From Psilocybe cubensis (taxonomy: Eukaryota): DNA of 64,000 nt. The translations under genes and the position numbers were made by a program. The stretch spans positions 558,001 to 622,000 of the forward strand of contig CM039008.1 in the NCBI GenBank assembly GCA_017499595.2. Reading direction: 5' to 3'. The notes below the pieces were generated by a model. That model was given only the letters and a program-made list of their open reading frames with translations, made no database searches and was not told the origin of the DNA. Shown here one piece after another: positions 26,945-41,230 of the stretch; position 1 is the first letter of the stretch; the number at the start of each line of letters is the position of its first letter.

Positions 26945-29578
26945 TCAACTTTCTTCTGCCAACTCTCTGACTAAGTCCCGTAGACCAAGTTCTTCTTCAA
27001 TCTGCGATCTCGCCTCAGGATAACTCACAATGCATCAGAGGAAGAGACACCTCACCTGAGCTTTCAACAATCCCTCTTCTCTCCCGGCAGCCGATCTGAA
27101 TAATTTATCCACTTCTTCCAGTGAAACATTAGCAGTCTCAGGAACGAAATATGTTGCCCAAAAATAAGCAAGAGCACACGCTCCAGCAAAAACGAAGAAT
27201 GTGAACCTGGCGTGTCCGCAATATCAGGGATAGACTCAAAATCAGAATATCGAGCCAAATGCAGTGGTCTAAGTACTCACGAAGCTGAAAAATCCACAAA
27301 TAGAGGCGTCAGAAGACCGATGAAAACTGTGGTGAATCAATCAGTATGATGTCGAACTTTGTTCAACTCAAGATAACGCACAATTGTTAATCCAGTTGGA
27401 TGCTGTACTGAGAGCAACGCCTTTGCTCCTCATAGTGAGAGGAAAAACCTCGCTAGGAAGCACCCACCCAATAGGACCAAAAGAGATCCCGTATGCCAAG
27501 GTGAAGCTATATATGCCACTGAAAGCTCATATTAATATAACGAATCATCTATATGATAGCAGATAGCACAAACATACCCAACTGCTACCCAAACCGCAAA
27601 TGGGTGGGCAGACCAGTTTGACTGGAATATCAAGACCTAATAAAAGATAAACAGACGGCACTGATATCAAAGCGAAAATTACTGACGAGAACGGAGATTC
27701 CCAGATGAGATAAAGTCATTACTATGCTCCCTCCTCGAAGCAATACTTTTCTCCCGACTCGATCGATCCACACAATAGCGGGGAGAACCGCAAGAAGTTG
27801 CACCACCCCAATTCCTCCTGATACGAGCAAAGCAACAGAGTCACCCGAGAGCCCGATAGAGTGAACGAGAGTAGGTCCATAATAAAGGAGTGCGTTGATT
27901 CCAGACCATTCTAAAGGGTACGGCGGTCAATTCCAAGGCCCATGAGAAGATCATCTGCGTGAACGAACGTTGGAAAAACATGATCAACACCCCAATCCAT
28001 GTTCTATCTCTGTACTTCTCTTGAAATAACTTCTTCCATGCTTTCCACTCTGTTGCCAGACCTGTCTTCCCAGGAGTATTCCCAGTCCCTTCGTCCAGTT
28101 CCAGTTCTCTTTGAAGTGTCCGCTGTATTAGTGTTGTTTCAACACGCATTTCTAACAGTTCTAATTGGACTAGCATGTCACCACCATCGTCACTTGCGTC
28201 CCTTAATCGTAGTCGAGCAAGACTGGCACGCGCTTCTTCGTATTTACCATGCATCACAAGCAATCGAGGTGAAGGCGGAAGGAAAGCACATCCCGCCGCA
28301 AGTACGAAACCGGGAATGAGCTGGATGCCCAGAGGAATGCGCCAGGACATAGAACCAGGAACTGTTAGACGTGAAATCTAAGTCAACCAGTCCAGTTAAC
28401 ATCATACACGCTTCTTACTGTCTCTCGTCATAAAACCAGTCCAGAATCCAAAAACTACACCAAGCACGATAGAAAATTGTTCAAGGGCCATAAGTGACCC
28501 TCGTACCTCCGGGGGACTGATTTCTGCCATATACAGCGGGGACAACATGCTTTCCAGAGTTTAAAAAAAGTTCAAGTTCCCGAAAGTAGAAAGCTCACCT
28601 TAACGCGCCAACTCCAAGCCCGCCTATCGCCCTTCCAATAAAGATGTGGCTAAGCGATTGTGCGAAACATTGAAATGACGACCCAATGCAAAAGACCACT
28701 GTTAAATAGATGAGATGGGTGAATAAGGATAGAGGGGAGACCAGAGTGTGTGGGTTTAAATTAGCTAAATGAAGAGTTTATTTTAATTTGCATCGGAGGT
28801 GAAGTGATTCGAGCGCGCATGAAGATCCGTTTCAAACGCTTGTACATGATGTTTCCCAACGCATCTGCGGCCACGACCTTGACGATGATGCACAACGTTT
28901 AAGATAACAACTGGCACGTCGAGGGCCTTGAAAATATCCACACCGGCCCGCTTACTTAGTTCGTTGAAGAAGCTGCTTACCACAAGCAAAGATTATGGCA
29001 CTGCTTCTAGAATATCTGTCGGCATATACACCAGCAGACAGTGCCCCAGTAAGAGCACCAAGCTCAAGGACAGCAGCTAAAACGCGATCAAGACTGTGAA
29101 TAGGACTGACTTTAGCAAGTAACTCACTCATGATACCCTTCTGAAGAGGTGTCACTGGCCATCGAAGCATGAAATCCTCCATCACGAGTACATTTGCAAT
29201 CTGCACGCGTCAATAAAAAGTTATCGACCAAAGAAACTTTACTTACCACGCCTTGATCGTATCCAAATTCTAACCCGCCAATTGATGCAAAAAACGCGCA
29301 CAACAATGCATATTTGTTATGACGTAGCCCGGGGAGCCCTTTGGGACCATAAGCATATGAATAGTGGTGCGTCGTTGGGTGTATGGTGAATGTGCCCTCA
29401 TGTATTTGGATAGTCCTTGATTCTTCCACATTCGGGTTTACGAGAAGAGTAGCTTCCTGGGAAGGTGGATAGTCCTGATTTTCGTCATTGCTAGGTGACA
29501 ATGCTATATATCCCGCATTTTGCGTGTTCTAAGGGACCTGGTGAGCGTTGAACCAATTAACGATGAAAGACTCACCAT
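26945..29578 (-). CDS. MFS sugar porter family transporter, multi-exon
   Basis: IGGLEFGYDQGV, ADRYSR, LYMAEISPPEVRG, WRIPLGIQ, PPSPRLL, IDRVGRK, YFVPET. The first coding exon is only ATG (29578-29576). Last exon IEEELGLRDLVRELAEES*. Confidence 0.92.
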
Positions 29579-30169
29579 ACCGGGATGCGGACCCAGAGGC
29601 TAGAGCTTTGTGCTTAACGTCAATAAAGGCGAAGTAAAGCAATTGGTCGTCGTTGTTGGCAATGGCGGGCGTGCGTGACTCTGACGGTCGGAAATGGCCG
29701 ATCGGGGTTGTTTGGAGTCACGTGATACAAAGTGTTGATCGGCGATCGCGTTAAGAATTGATCCTTTCGGCGTTGGCCGTATTCTAGTGCAACTGGCTAC
29801 TTGAGCTTCCACTGCGACTTGCATGACTGCCACGCTCGCAAGATGAAGTTCATGCTAGTTGGGGCACAAGCACAAGTCAAGTTCAAATACACCTAGACGT
29901 TGAGTCAGAGCATTTTTATCATACTCGACATTTGTAACTTAACACTCATCGGTCATACTCATAGATCAAGCCATGTGCCCCAGTGGTTGCCGATATCCTC
30001 GGCTGCCACAATGTCTTCTATTGAGTACTGAGGGCTAGTAACCTAGAACTAATGGCGATATCTAAACAGTGAACAAATGTTCAGGGTTCTACAAGGCTTC
30101 TCAATATCGGCGGCGGTTGACAATAAACATAAAGATAGGAAATGCAGCGCGCTGTTCTTGCTTTGTCCC

Positions 30170-31972
30170 ATGTCGTTCATTCCGCCTGAGATCTATCTGG
30201 GTATCGCGCATGCCAATCAAGTGAACGCCTACAACTCCAGTAAGTCTTGTATTATTGTTGTGCTGTATTCCCTATCTGAACACTCCTAACGAAGTTGCTT
30301 GTGCCAGCTGGCTGGTCTATAACAACATTATACATTTTGGAGAAGAGGTAACATTCATTACCAACTTTTGGACGTCAGGGAGGCTGAATGAGCTTGTTAA
30401 GGTGGATGCTATTTGGAAGTAAGTCATAAAGAGTCGACCAAGGCGAGTATTGACGTATACAAGGGCGCGATGGACGGGCATCAAGCTCCTCTATGTTGTT
30501 ATGAGATACTTCGGCCCAACATGGCTTATGTGGGTTGACTGGAATTGTTTCGTTTGCGAAATTGAGAACTAACTCATATTCTTAGATACAATTTTGCAAT
30601 GAATGGTGTGTGCAAACAGCCCCTCTGTATTACTCTAATTGAACCTCCCTTTAGCGATTTCGGGCGCCCATCTATCATTGTTAGTGAGTCATTCTGGCGA
30701 CTGTTAGTTGAACCACACATCTGATACAGTGACATATGCTAGAGGTTTGTGTTCTCACGGCAACCTTATCACACATCTGGTGTTCAATTTACAATGCCAG
30801 CTGCAAGTTGTTAGTGGTTTTCCAGACGTTGTGAGTCATTTTCTCATTCACGTTTGGCTTTTCCTAAAGTGTTTCCCCCTTTCTAGTGGTCCAATGCTTC
30901 TCTCAATCACGACGGATACGATAATTCTGGTTCGGTTGCGGGTTTGGTATGAGGCAGAGTCATATAGTGAGTAATTCTTACTAAGGTTATCGTGTCGTCT
31001 TTTTAATGTAGAGCTCCAGTATGGTTTTATACTTGCCTACTATGGCTTGGTACGCTTAACCTTCTATTTCAACAAGGTGGAATGCTTGCTTACCGTGATG
31101 TCTTATATTGTATTTAGCCACAGTTGTTGTGCGTTCTACTATCCTAAACTACACGGCGCCGGCCTGATTTGACACACAAACTCTTTCAGATCGCTATAGT
31201 TTGTCCAAGCGTGCTTGCTTCTTCGGTAACCGCAAATGCTCCTGTTCCCGGTATTCGAGGATGTGTGCCTCCTTTCATAGCTCAAGAACATCTATACTTG
31301 GCAAAAACACCTCTGTAAGATTTTATGCTTCACTTGAACATCACTTGAAGGCCCAATATCTCTGCTGTATAGGATGCTGCAACTTAGTATGAACATCGTG
31401 ATCCTCGCCTTGACATTGATTAAATTTCTGCAAACAATCTATTTGAAGGATGTTGGTAAATCTACGACTATAAGTTTCCAATCTCTTTTTGGGATTTTCT
31501 TTGCAGAGGGAGTATTGTATTTTGTGGGCTACATTGGTATGTTTTCGATCTATTTCACGGTTATTGCAACCGAAACCAAATGTTACCGGTGCGAATTATG
31601 TCTTCCTCAGGCACCTACCTAGTTTCAACAATCATCATATGGGGAAAGCCAGCGCTTCTGGCATACGTCAACGTTTCACAATGGTAGGAGGCTCAACGGC
31701 GCTTATATTCATCCATGTACTTACTCAACGCGATCAGTTATCTCGTTGCATTCTATAGCTATGCAGTAACTATTGATCTGTTTCTCATACTGCAACTGGT
31801 CATGACTAATATTTTCCGGCATCAGGGAAGCAGCCTCATTCTTCATCTGCGAATAGCCGGTCGTGCCTCGTTACGGCAACCCGTCACCTTCAATAACTGT
31901 ACGGATCTCATATTCAGAATAGACCAGCAATTAGACGCGCAGAGGCAGTCCGTGGAGACGAGAGTAAATTAA
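30170..31972 (+). CDS. Agaricomycete multi-pass membrane protein (DUF6533-like), many small exons
   Basis: Spliced N-terminus ...ACASWLVYNNIIHFGEEVDAIWKARWTGIKLLYVVMRYFGP, later FFAEGVLYF and GSSLILHLR, all typical of this family. Internal exon boundaries not all resolved. Confidence 0.72.
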
Positions 31973-32823
31973 TATGGTAAATGTATGACTCCTTGATTGT
32001 AATACCTCAGTCATTACCTGAAGTAATCCGTCAATCAAATGATCCACTTCATAATATCCAAGCTCAAGGTAGGGGTTTGACTCTAAGAAATTTTAATAAT
32101 ACTAGCTTTATGATTAACATTGCGTTGAGAAACGCAAATACAAATCCTTTATAGCCAAATTCTGCTTTCATAATGGTAAATACATCCGTAGAATTGTTGA
32201 TCATCTGTGGATCATCATGTAAATTTTTTTCATGGTTATCTTTTGCCACGGTAGACTCAAGCCTTTGTCGAAGAATACACCGTGTTCGCAGATTTGATTC
32301 GACCAAAGCAACCGTTGCTGCATTATTCCCGACTTTACTCAATAGGGTTGACACCGTTTGACGCGTGTGTAGATTGTGGATTTCACGTTTGATGGTTTCT
32401 ATGCATTGAAGCAGTAAGTTTCTACACAGCCAAATTATCCCTGACGGTTAAAGTCATTGTGTCTTATCGTAGTTTATATATCTTGAAAAATACATCGAGC
32501 TGGTTCTCTCTTCAATCGGTGTTTCATATGCGTGTTCCTCATTCTGCTCCTTTTTCTAGTCCAGGGCCGACGTCGGTGGCACACCTCAGCTTGTAGAATA
32601 AATATACACTGGACACTGCATTTCTCATGTCATGATATCAACCGTTCTTCTGAAATAGATGCAGGTAACGACGTGATATGCCATTCCTCCCCAGTGCCTC
32701 CTTCGCCTCAACAGCACCGCACTGGCATAGACCGATAACTCAACGAATTGAGCTACTTTAAGAAGGGAGCTATCTCGTTACATTCTGTATTATGCATTCT
32801 GACAACTCAGACACCATCTCCTA

Positions 32824-33676
32824 GCTCACTGCAGAACCTCCAATTGCGCTACCCATACCTGCCCAAAACCGGTCAACACACCCTCTAGCGTTGAACCAGA
32901 GCTTTCCACATTGGCCTTGCTCCCGTCACAAATGCCGAGCTTACCATCATTTTTCGCCACACTGTCACCCTCGACTCAAAGTTTCACTCCTTCACAAAAC
33001 ACCGTCAGTTCTTCAGAAAGTAGAGAAACCACATCATCCAATCTCAGTACCATGCAAAGTCCCACCGAGGTAGTATTATTATTTCCAAATGATACATTGA
33101 ATTTACTTACAATTAATGTCCGACACAGTCCTCCAGAAAAGCGTTGCCGTCTAACTCGCAATCTTCAATAAACACATCATGGCAGTCCGCAGACATAAAT
33201 TCTCGATCCGTCGGGGTAATTCCGTCGAATTTATTACCCCAAACCTCCACTAAGGTACATCTTGATCGTTCGTCTGCAAAATTTGCCATCTCGAATCCAG
33301 GATTTTTTATAGATCCCTCAATCTACTGCAGGCTTCCAGAGTACAACGCTTCTATCTAGTACAAGTCTCCCAGAGACTACAATCATCTCTCCTACTACCA
33401 CACTGAATCAGAGTAGCGCAGGAAGTATCGAGACTACATCTTCGACAAAGTGAGCACGCTACGTTTCTGGAAAATATGGGTACATTCCTTCTAAATTTTT
33501 ACAAACTACTTAGAGATATTGTATTCAACAAGGGACACCGATCATTTATTGCCCTTGGAATAGTAGCATCGCTGTTTGCGGTCAGTCTCATACTGTGGTC
33601 AATATTCTTTATCAGAAGGAGGCACTTTCGTCGCGTTAAGACGGGTATAAGACAAGCTATCTCAGTGAACCGCTGA
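32824..33676 (+). pseudogene. Ser/Thr-rich TM orphan family copy 1, lacking the first coding exon of its paralogs
   Basis: Nucleotide similarity to 34577-35478 and 58943-59968. TM segment FIALGIVASLFAVSLILWSIFFI then RRRH. The ATG-xxx-CAG|GT unit of the paralogs is missing at ~32780. Confidence 0.55.
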
Positions 33677-34576
33677 AGTTTCACTCGTTTCCCTGTAGAT
33701 AAGATATCCATGTGTATTATATATATAGCGCTCGAATGCTTTGTTGTCGAGAACAAATCGATGCCATCTCAATAACTTTAAATCAAGTTAATCAACCTCA
33801 ATTGAATAGCACTACAGTGGTAATTCGAACAGGAAGACAGGGTCTTTTTTGGATACAGGCAAACAGGTTCATATCGACCTTGGATTTTATGGGAATTATT
33901 GTGCATTTAAGTGCATTCCCTAGCAAATATGTTTATCCACAAGGTATGTCGAGACTGTAGGTCAGCCACAAAGTAATGTAATATCTGGCGTCCACCAAAA
34001 AGTTTTTTCAAGGCAATTCTAAGGTCGTGAGCCGGCGATGCCGTGCACGTGGTTAAAAGATTTTGTTGTTACTCGGCATGTTCATGCCGACAAGGTGGAA
34101 CCCAAGATAAACCATGATAATTGTGATACAATAGTGATAATAATCTAGTTACATGTACCCTGAGTGATGTTTGGGTAGAAACTATGGTTCTTACTATAGC
34201 GAGCAGATTTATTCTTATAAAAATATGGTTTGGTTTAAAAATCTGTGTTTAAAAAAATTCCACCAGCAGGACTGCCGATGGGCGGCCCGATGCTGACCCG
34301 ATATCGCCGATCCAAATTGTGGTGCCCCTTGGGTTCAATCAACATGATGTGTTTCAAATGCATCTTGTTCTAGGAAAGGTTCAATTCAAGGAAGAATAAA
34401 GGGGAGATAGAAAACCCTGCTGGAAGATTACAGTGCAATTATAGTATACGGAAGAATGTAAATGGTATGAACTGTCTTTCTTAAATGCTCAAGGGTAGCG
34501 ACGGGGATGCGCTCTGTGATTCGACGCTTATCCTTTAATTGAGATAGTTGAGGGGTGGTGGAACTATTTGGCTATC

Positions 34577-35478
34577 ATGGGCCAGGTATTGCTCATCTCA
34601 GTCTGTATTATTATACACTCTAACGACCCGCCCAACATACCCCATAGCATACTTGCGAGGCTCAGATTCGGAACACTTTTGAATTGGTTAATTTACCACA
34701 CAATATCTCTCTATTCGTGAAACCCAAATCTCCCTTGCTCCCTCTAAGTGCTCCCAGCTTGCCACCGGCTTTTTCTCCAGTATCATCTCCTTCGTTAGAA
34801 GCAAACTCAGCTAGTTCCACTCCTTTTGAAACTACCACCAATTTTGCAGAAAGCATATCGACCACATTCCTTACTTCTAGCTCGTCAAACGGTGCCACAC
34901 AGGTAGCATACTATCTGCATTTAATATTTGACTACTCATAGAATCCCCAAACCAGTCTTTCAGACAAGCAAATCCATCGAAATCTGATTCATCTAGCCAT
35001 TCCTTAACATCAATATTATAGCAGTCCAACGCACACGTCGCGGGTTCCTCATCGTCCATTGATCAAAGCTTTACCAAGGTAAGTCTTATATGCCGCCAGA
35101 AAGGATTTCTATTGCGCATTCAAACTCTTCTTAGCTCTCTCTCTCTAGTAAAATAACCGAGGGCTCTGTTATCAATACCTTGCCTTCCAAGCTTACTACC
35201 AAGCTGTTTACTACCGCTCTGACCCAGAGTAGTGCAAGTAGTACTGAGACTACGTTTTCAACCAAGTGAGCATGTTACATTAATAGGAAGTCGTACATTA
35301 TTAATAAATCCTCATCTACTATTTTAGCGGTAATTTAATTCACAGTAGACATCAATTATTCATTGCCCTTGCAGCTGCAGCGTCGATTTTTACAGTCAGC
35401 GTCATATCGTTGTCGATTTTTATTATTAGAAGGAGGCACTCGCGCCGCATTAAGAGGGGTGTTAACCAGGGTACCTAA
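34577..35478 (+). pseudogene. Ser/Thr-rich TM orphan family copy 2 with an in-frame nonsense codon
   Basis: ATG GGC CAG|GT start. TAG at 35019-35021 where copy 1 has TGG. TM segment LFIALAAAASIFTVSVISLSIFII then RRRH. Confidence 0.58.
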
Positions 35479-36062
35479 TAGTCGATATCTTTTTTTGCCA
35501 GTTGCAATTTCTAATCATGAGTGGATTTATTTATCCCAATTTGTGTCATTGAGAACAAGTCGGGTGCCTCCGACTTGGATTAATTCCCATTATAAAGCCA
35601 GAGAAACCTGGATTATGTAGACTTTAGAGTCATCCGTCCCTGATAGACTTTTACTAGACTCGACCTCAGTGGAGGTCTCGTGGGATTACAATTCTAAGTT
35701 TGTTTCTGACATGGTAGACTATATTTAGTAACAACCTTTCCTTGTACCTGGTCAAGCTATTACAAAGTTATTGTGATTTCATTAGAGTCGAGGTGGCTTT
35801 CCTTTAATATACTATAATTGTTTTTTAGTCTTGAGCTAGAATATGTGCGCTTCCAGAAGCCCACACTTGAAGCCTGAGCGGTGAACAATGGGTGTTCCAC
35901 GTGATACGGCGACCGCCAAAAATATATGACGGAGAATTGACACCGATTCCGCTGGTCGTTGCTTTGCGGTTCCCATCATCAGTGTCAGTTTCAGTCGGAC
36001 TCAACCACGCTCTTTTCTCTTGCTTTCTTTCTTTACTTACAATCACACTCAACAACACCATC

Positions 36063-37569
36063 ATGATTTGGTCCCTTCTGACCGCCTTTGTTATTGCGGG
36101 AATCCACGGGGCAGCCACAGCGGCGGGCACCTCAGGTCCAGCAGCATGCGTTACTTTTGACATCAACTGGAATCTGTTGGCATTTGGGTTCAATGGGAAG
36201 GATTACAATGCTGGGACACAGGACACGTGGACCTCATCAAGTGCGTCTGAATCTTGCTTTAATTCTTGAGTTTTGTTAACCACTCATTCAGGTGCTCCAA
36301 CGGATATCACGACTCAGGGTCGCCCGTGAGTCTTGCTTGCTCAATTAACGGATACGAGCTAAATTGCCCCCAGACCGTTCGATAGCGCCAACACAACGTG
36401 CTACCTGGCCCAGGTAAGAAACATGCCCCCTAGGATCGCCGTGGCTGACCATTTTGCTCCAGTTCTTCAATGCCATCTACGTTCTCAATGCCGACAGCTC
36501 AAGTCCATCTTCAATCTACATCTATGATGTTGCGAAAGCCTCTTGGTCCAAACAGAGTGTGGACGTTGGTACATTCGATCCAACCAACTTTGCCGCCATC
36601 CTGGACCACGACACCAACGTCTTCTGTGAGTGCTAGCCTCGTCACACCATTTAGGCTTGAATCTATTTTTATCCGACAGACTCCTACTCCGCTGGTGACA
36701 TGTTCTCGCTCGACATGCAGTCGCAAACAGCTGCCATTCCGAGCGCTATTCCGTGGAAGGAGGTGCAGAAACCTGATCTTTCGTCTGATCCAGACGGCAC
36801 CTCGACGCCCGGAGCGAACACAGCTGGATACGAACCTGTCATGGCACTTGCCCAAAACCATGTCCACTTCCTCGGTGTCCCAGGCCTGGCCCCAGGCAAT
36901 GCCAAAATCTTTGTGATTCACTGTAAGCTCCGTTCTCTTTTTTGCCTTTAACATCCGTCTTACACCCCCTGGAGTCTCGTTCATGCAACCAGCACCACAA
37001 TTCTATGGCACCGCCTTCCCTGACACCCATGGCAAAGCCGCGTCGTTCTTCCTTGACAGCGGTGTCCAACAAGAATTTGCGTTCATTCCCGACGACGGAA
37101 GCGCGACATATGTCATCAACGTCGAGAGCAACACCACGAAAACACTCTCCGGTCCTCCCCAACGTGATCCATTTGCCTCGTACAGCGCTTCCACCAGCGC
37201 CCTCGTTCAGTTGAACACTGCCGGACAGGTAGCATTTTTGGCGTATGACCCCAAGACCACTACCAGCGGTATGAATTCCTAAAATGACCTCCCCAGTTCT
37301 ACTTTTTTTGACAATATCTCACAGGCGGTACATGGGCCACAATCTCCAAGCTTCCTTCGGCTTTGTCATCTGGTTCATCTTCAAACGGTTCTAGCGCCAC
37401 AGGAAACACGACCGGTTCTTCGGGCTCTGGTTCTGGAACGAACTCATCGTCGGGCAACTCATCCGGGTCTTCCAATAACAATAAATCTGATGCTGTTTCT
37501 AGCATCCGACTGGGTGCTGGAATGTTCCTCGCTGCTGGAATGACTCTTATTGGGATGCTGTCTCTATAG
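36063..37569 (+). CDS. Secreted, probably GPI-anchored hypothetical protein (beta-rich ectodomain, Ser/Gly stalk)
   Basis: Signal peptide MIWSLLTAFVIAGIHGA, clean GT-AG exons, Ser/Gly-rich linker and hydrophobic tail MFLAAGMTLIGMLSL. Confidence 0.78.
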
Positions 37570-38259
37570 TGGAGCTTCGGACTTTCTTCTTGTCTTTACG
37601 CTTGAACTTCTTGCTGACCAAAACCACCATCTTCACCTCACTCCCTCGTCTAACTATACGAACCCCTTAATCAACGACACAACCACGCACTGCAACCCAC
37701 AACAACATTCTTCTCTTTCAAAATCCACTCCTACAAGCGTACATCTTTGATCACTCCTAATACTCCTTTTTTTTGGATGTTCGTACTCGTACACTTCGCT
37801 TTTCACTGCTCTGTACCGGATTTTTTTTTCTCTTTTTTGTCTTTTCGGAGTCATGGACATTATAGTATAGCATGTACGTACGCACAAGAACATTTTGCAA
37901 TTCGGTAGTTTTTGGACCGTCGTTTATGTCATGGGACGCTTTGGACATTCCGTAGCCTTGAATTTCGATTCATTGATCACTTCAGGTGGGTAGACAGATG
38001 TTCCCCATGATGTAGATACAACTGGCCAGTTCCCGTGCTGAAAAGCATCATCACTTACACTGTACAGCACTACGAATATCCTGCGTCAAAACCCAAAATG
38101 TTACGCATTTCGATCTCTCTCGTTCACCATTCTGCCATACGGGATGATATGGCGACTTTGATGATTGATCTGTGTTGGCCCGCCAGCTTTGCTCTTTGCA
38201 TTTCGTGGTTGTCGAATTTGAAATTGCGTTGGCAAAGTCATTCAGCCACGTACGTCATT

Positions 38260-38976
38260 AGGGACCTTCAGAATTGAAATACGACCCGACTAGTCGGTCG
38301 TATTTCGACGCCACCGATTTGATGATTCGAAGTCCGACTGTGCTTGGCCTTGTCTTGGACTGTCACTTCGATGTCACTCCCAATGACGTAGACAGCGTAG
38401 ATAATTTTTAATCAACGTAGATTGTTGGATAGGCATTGAGCGATACTAAGAAAAAATGGCAAGGGAAACAGAGATGGGGTTGATGAGACCGATTCAATGC
38501 TTACTTCTTATACTCTCATTTCGGTATTGACGTGTTTGGTGCATCTCCTGTGTGGTTAGAGAATTAAACAATGATTAAGCAAACAAAACACGTCTCGACA
38601 CGTCGCGAAAACGTCCTCACGAGGTGCTGTTGCAGCAGTATCTAAATTACACGCACTGATGAGTGAAATATTTCATATCATCAGCCCTTGATCATGCAAA
38701 CGGGACCAGAAAGAGGGTCAGTGCTTCATGGAGAGCAATGTCTTAATAGTCTACTATGTAAAGGCCTGAAATGAAAGCCTCCATAGGATTGGCGATGGGA
38801 AGAGGATTCAAGATGGTGGAAGCCAGTCAAAACCATCGTTATCAACAAGTTATCAATAAGAGGAATTCCGTCACATCAGTCACAAAGCGGACCTTGAACT
38901 TCGACTTAGTAAGCGTAATCGCACAGGGCCAAATACGACCGACTAGTCGGGTTGTATTTCAATTCTGAAGGTCCCT
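38260..38976. mobile_element. MITE-like non-autonomous element, 717 bp
   Basis: ~46-bp terminal inverted repeats AGGGACCTTCAGAATTGAAATAC(G/A)ACCCGACTAGTCGGTCGTATTT with one mismatch. Flanked by ATT on both sides (38257-38259, 38977-38979). No credible internal gene. Confidence 0.85.
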
Positions 38977-39792
38977 ATTGTACTTAGCTGGGACTGAAAT
39001 TGAGTCACTTGCCGAAAAACTGGCCGCTGAAGCTAGAGTGCCATAGAGATATAGCCATTCGAAGTGCAATTTTATTTTAGGCAGAATAGTACTTTTCTAA
39101 GTATCACAAGACTTCTATCAAACGGTTCATTTGCTTTGAACTTTGAAGCTTCAACTTCGCCCATCACAATGCGGAGTTAAATTTGGCTAAGTTAATTAAT
39201 GTTTACGCTCCGATTCATTGTCCGACAGGGACGCTCTCGGATAATGCCTTGCGATCAATGTCTCCTTCCTTCTCTCTCCTAATGCACAATGCTAGAGTCC
39301 CGCCATTTCAACTACGACATCCAATTGTCGGCTTCTGATAACAACAGCAAGGAAACACCGCATCTGCTCCCAAAATTGCTACACAAGAGCAATCCGGAAG
39401 TCTAACCGTGAAAACCCTCTATAGCTTTGAGGTGGTTGCGCCATCGGCAGCTTAAAGCGCGCCATATTGGATATCTAACCTGGTAGGCAATTCAGCTAAT
39501 GCTCTCTGTAATTCGAACAGTATCTCACATTAGGTCACTTTTGTTGTCATCTGACGCTCGGGTTTCCTCTTTCCTTTAGATAAGGCGTGCTTGTGGACAC
39601 GGATGTCTAGCCATCTGTGTAAATGTTCTGTATTGCGCGGTCGGATGGCGATATTGCTTCGATATTGCGCTGGTACCGTAATTACCGCATACTGCAAGAC
39701 TGTGTATAAATACTTTGGCGGTATTGGGATGGAAGAGTATACACAACATCTATCTTCCTTGATCTACTCGACTCAACAGCACACCTCTTGAA

Positions 39793-41230
39793 ATGGCACC
39801 CTCCGTTGCGCAAATTGAATCCGTCGTCTCCGACCCAATCCAAGTCGCGAAGGAAAACTTGAAGACTCAAGCAGCCGAGAAAACCGGGGAGATTGAATAT
39901 GACACTAGCAAGGTACATTTTAGTTTTTCTACCGTCTATGATCAGCAGGTTTAGTTTACCTCCTATTCGCAGACTCCCTCCTATCCAGCCTACCTCCCTT
40001 ACTTTGACGTCAACGAGAAGTTCCCTCCTCTGGAACTCTTTGGTATGCAACTTCGCTATCGTCACACTCTTTTATTTATTCAGAATTTGTAGACCACGTC
40101 GACCCTGGATCGCGCGCTGACCCCAAGAAGCCCCATCTTCTTACACCTAACGTCGAGACTACTCACATCAGCCCCTATCTCGGTACCGAGGTGAAGGGAA
40201 TCCAGCTCTCGTCTCTTGGAAAGGAGGGATTGGACGAATTGGCATTGTTGGTCGCGGAGAGAAAGGTCGTCATTTTCCGTGATCAGGATTTCAAGGATTT
40301 GGGCCCCGAGCGCCAGATCGAAATAGCCAAGTAGGCTTTTTGACAATTTTTTTGAAGGGGGGAACTGATTAAATGGTTAAGGCACTTCGGCCCCATCCAC
40401 GTTCACCCGACCTCTGGAAACGTGAAGGGTTTCCCAGAGTTCCACGTCGGTCAGTACAGAATCAAAGTCTCATTTATTTAATGCTCATATATTCTGTCCT
40501 GCAGTTTATCGTGATGCTAAGCACAACCGATTCCAAGAATATACTGGAGGCAACCGCATCAACCATACTTCATGGCACTCCGACGTCTCGTACGAGCGTC
40601 AACCTCCTGGCACCACCTTCTTCTTCATCCTCGACCAAGTGAGTACTATTCCAGGAACTTTAAAATGCATGGCATTTAATCAATGCGTCACCAGCCCGAA
40701 GTCGGAGGAGGAGACACCCTCTTCCTGTCCCAAGTTGAGGCATACAACCGCCTTTCCCCTGAATTCCAGAAACGCCTCGAAGGTCTCAAGGCCGTCCACT
40801 CCGCCGTCTACCAGGCCGACTTCTCCAGGAAGCGCAACGGCCCTGTCCGCCGCGAGCCCGTTGAGACTGAGCACCCTCTCGTCCGCGTCCACCCGGTAAC
40901 TGGAGAGAAGGCTCTTTACGTCAATCAGGGATTCACTCGTCACATCGTTGGCTACCGCGCTGAGGAGTCCGAGTATCTCCTCAAGTTCCTCTTCGACCAT
41001 ATTTCAAAGGGTGCCGACTTCCAGATCAGGGCACGGTACGAGCCTGGAACTGTAGTTGTCTGGGTACGTTATTTGCTGTATGATTGTGAACTTACTTTCT
41101 GACTGATATACACCCCCTGTAGGATAACCGAGTGACGGCACACTCTGCGACCCCTGACTTCAGCTCTACCTTCCGCAGGCACGCCGTCCGCCTCACGCCC
41201 CAGGCCGAGGTACCCTCAGAGAAATTCTAA
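39793..41230 (+). CDS. TauD/TfdA family Fe(II)/2-oxoglutarate dioxygenase (sulfonate dioxygenase-like)
   Basis: WHSDVSYERQPPG (HxD), GGDTLF, EHPLVRVHPVTGEKALYVN, VWDNRVTAH. Confidence 0.93.
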
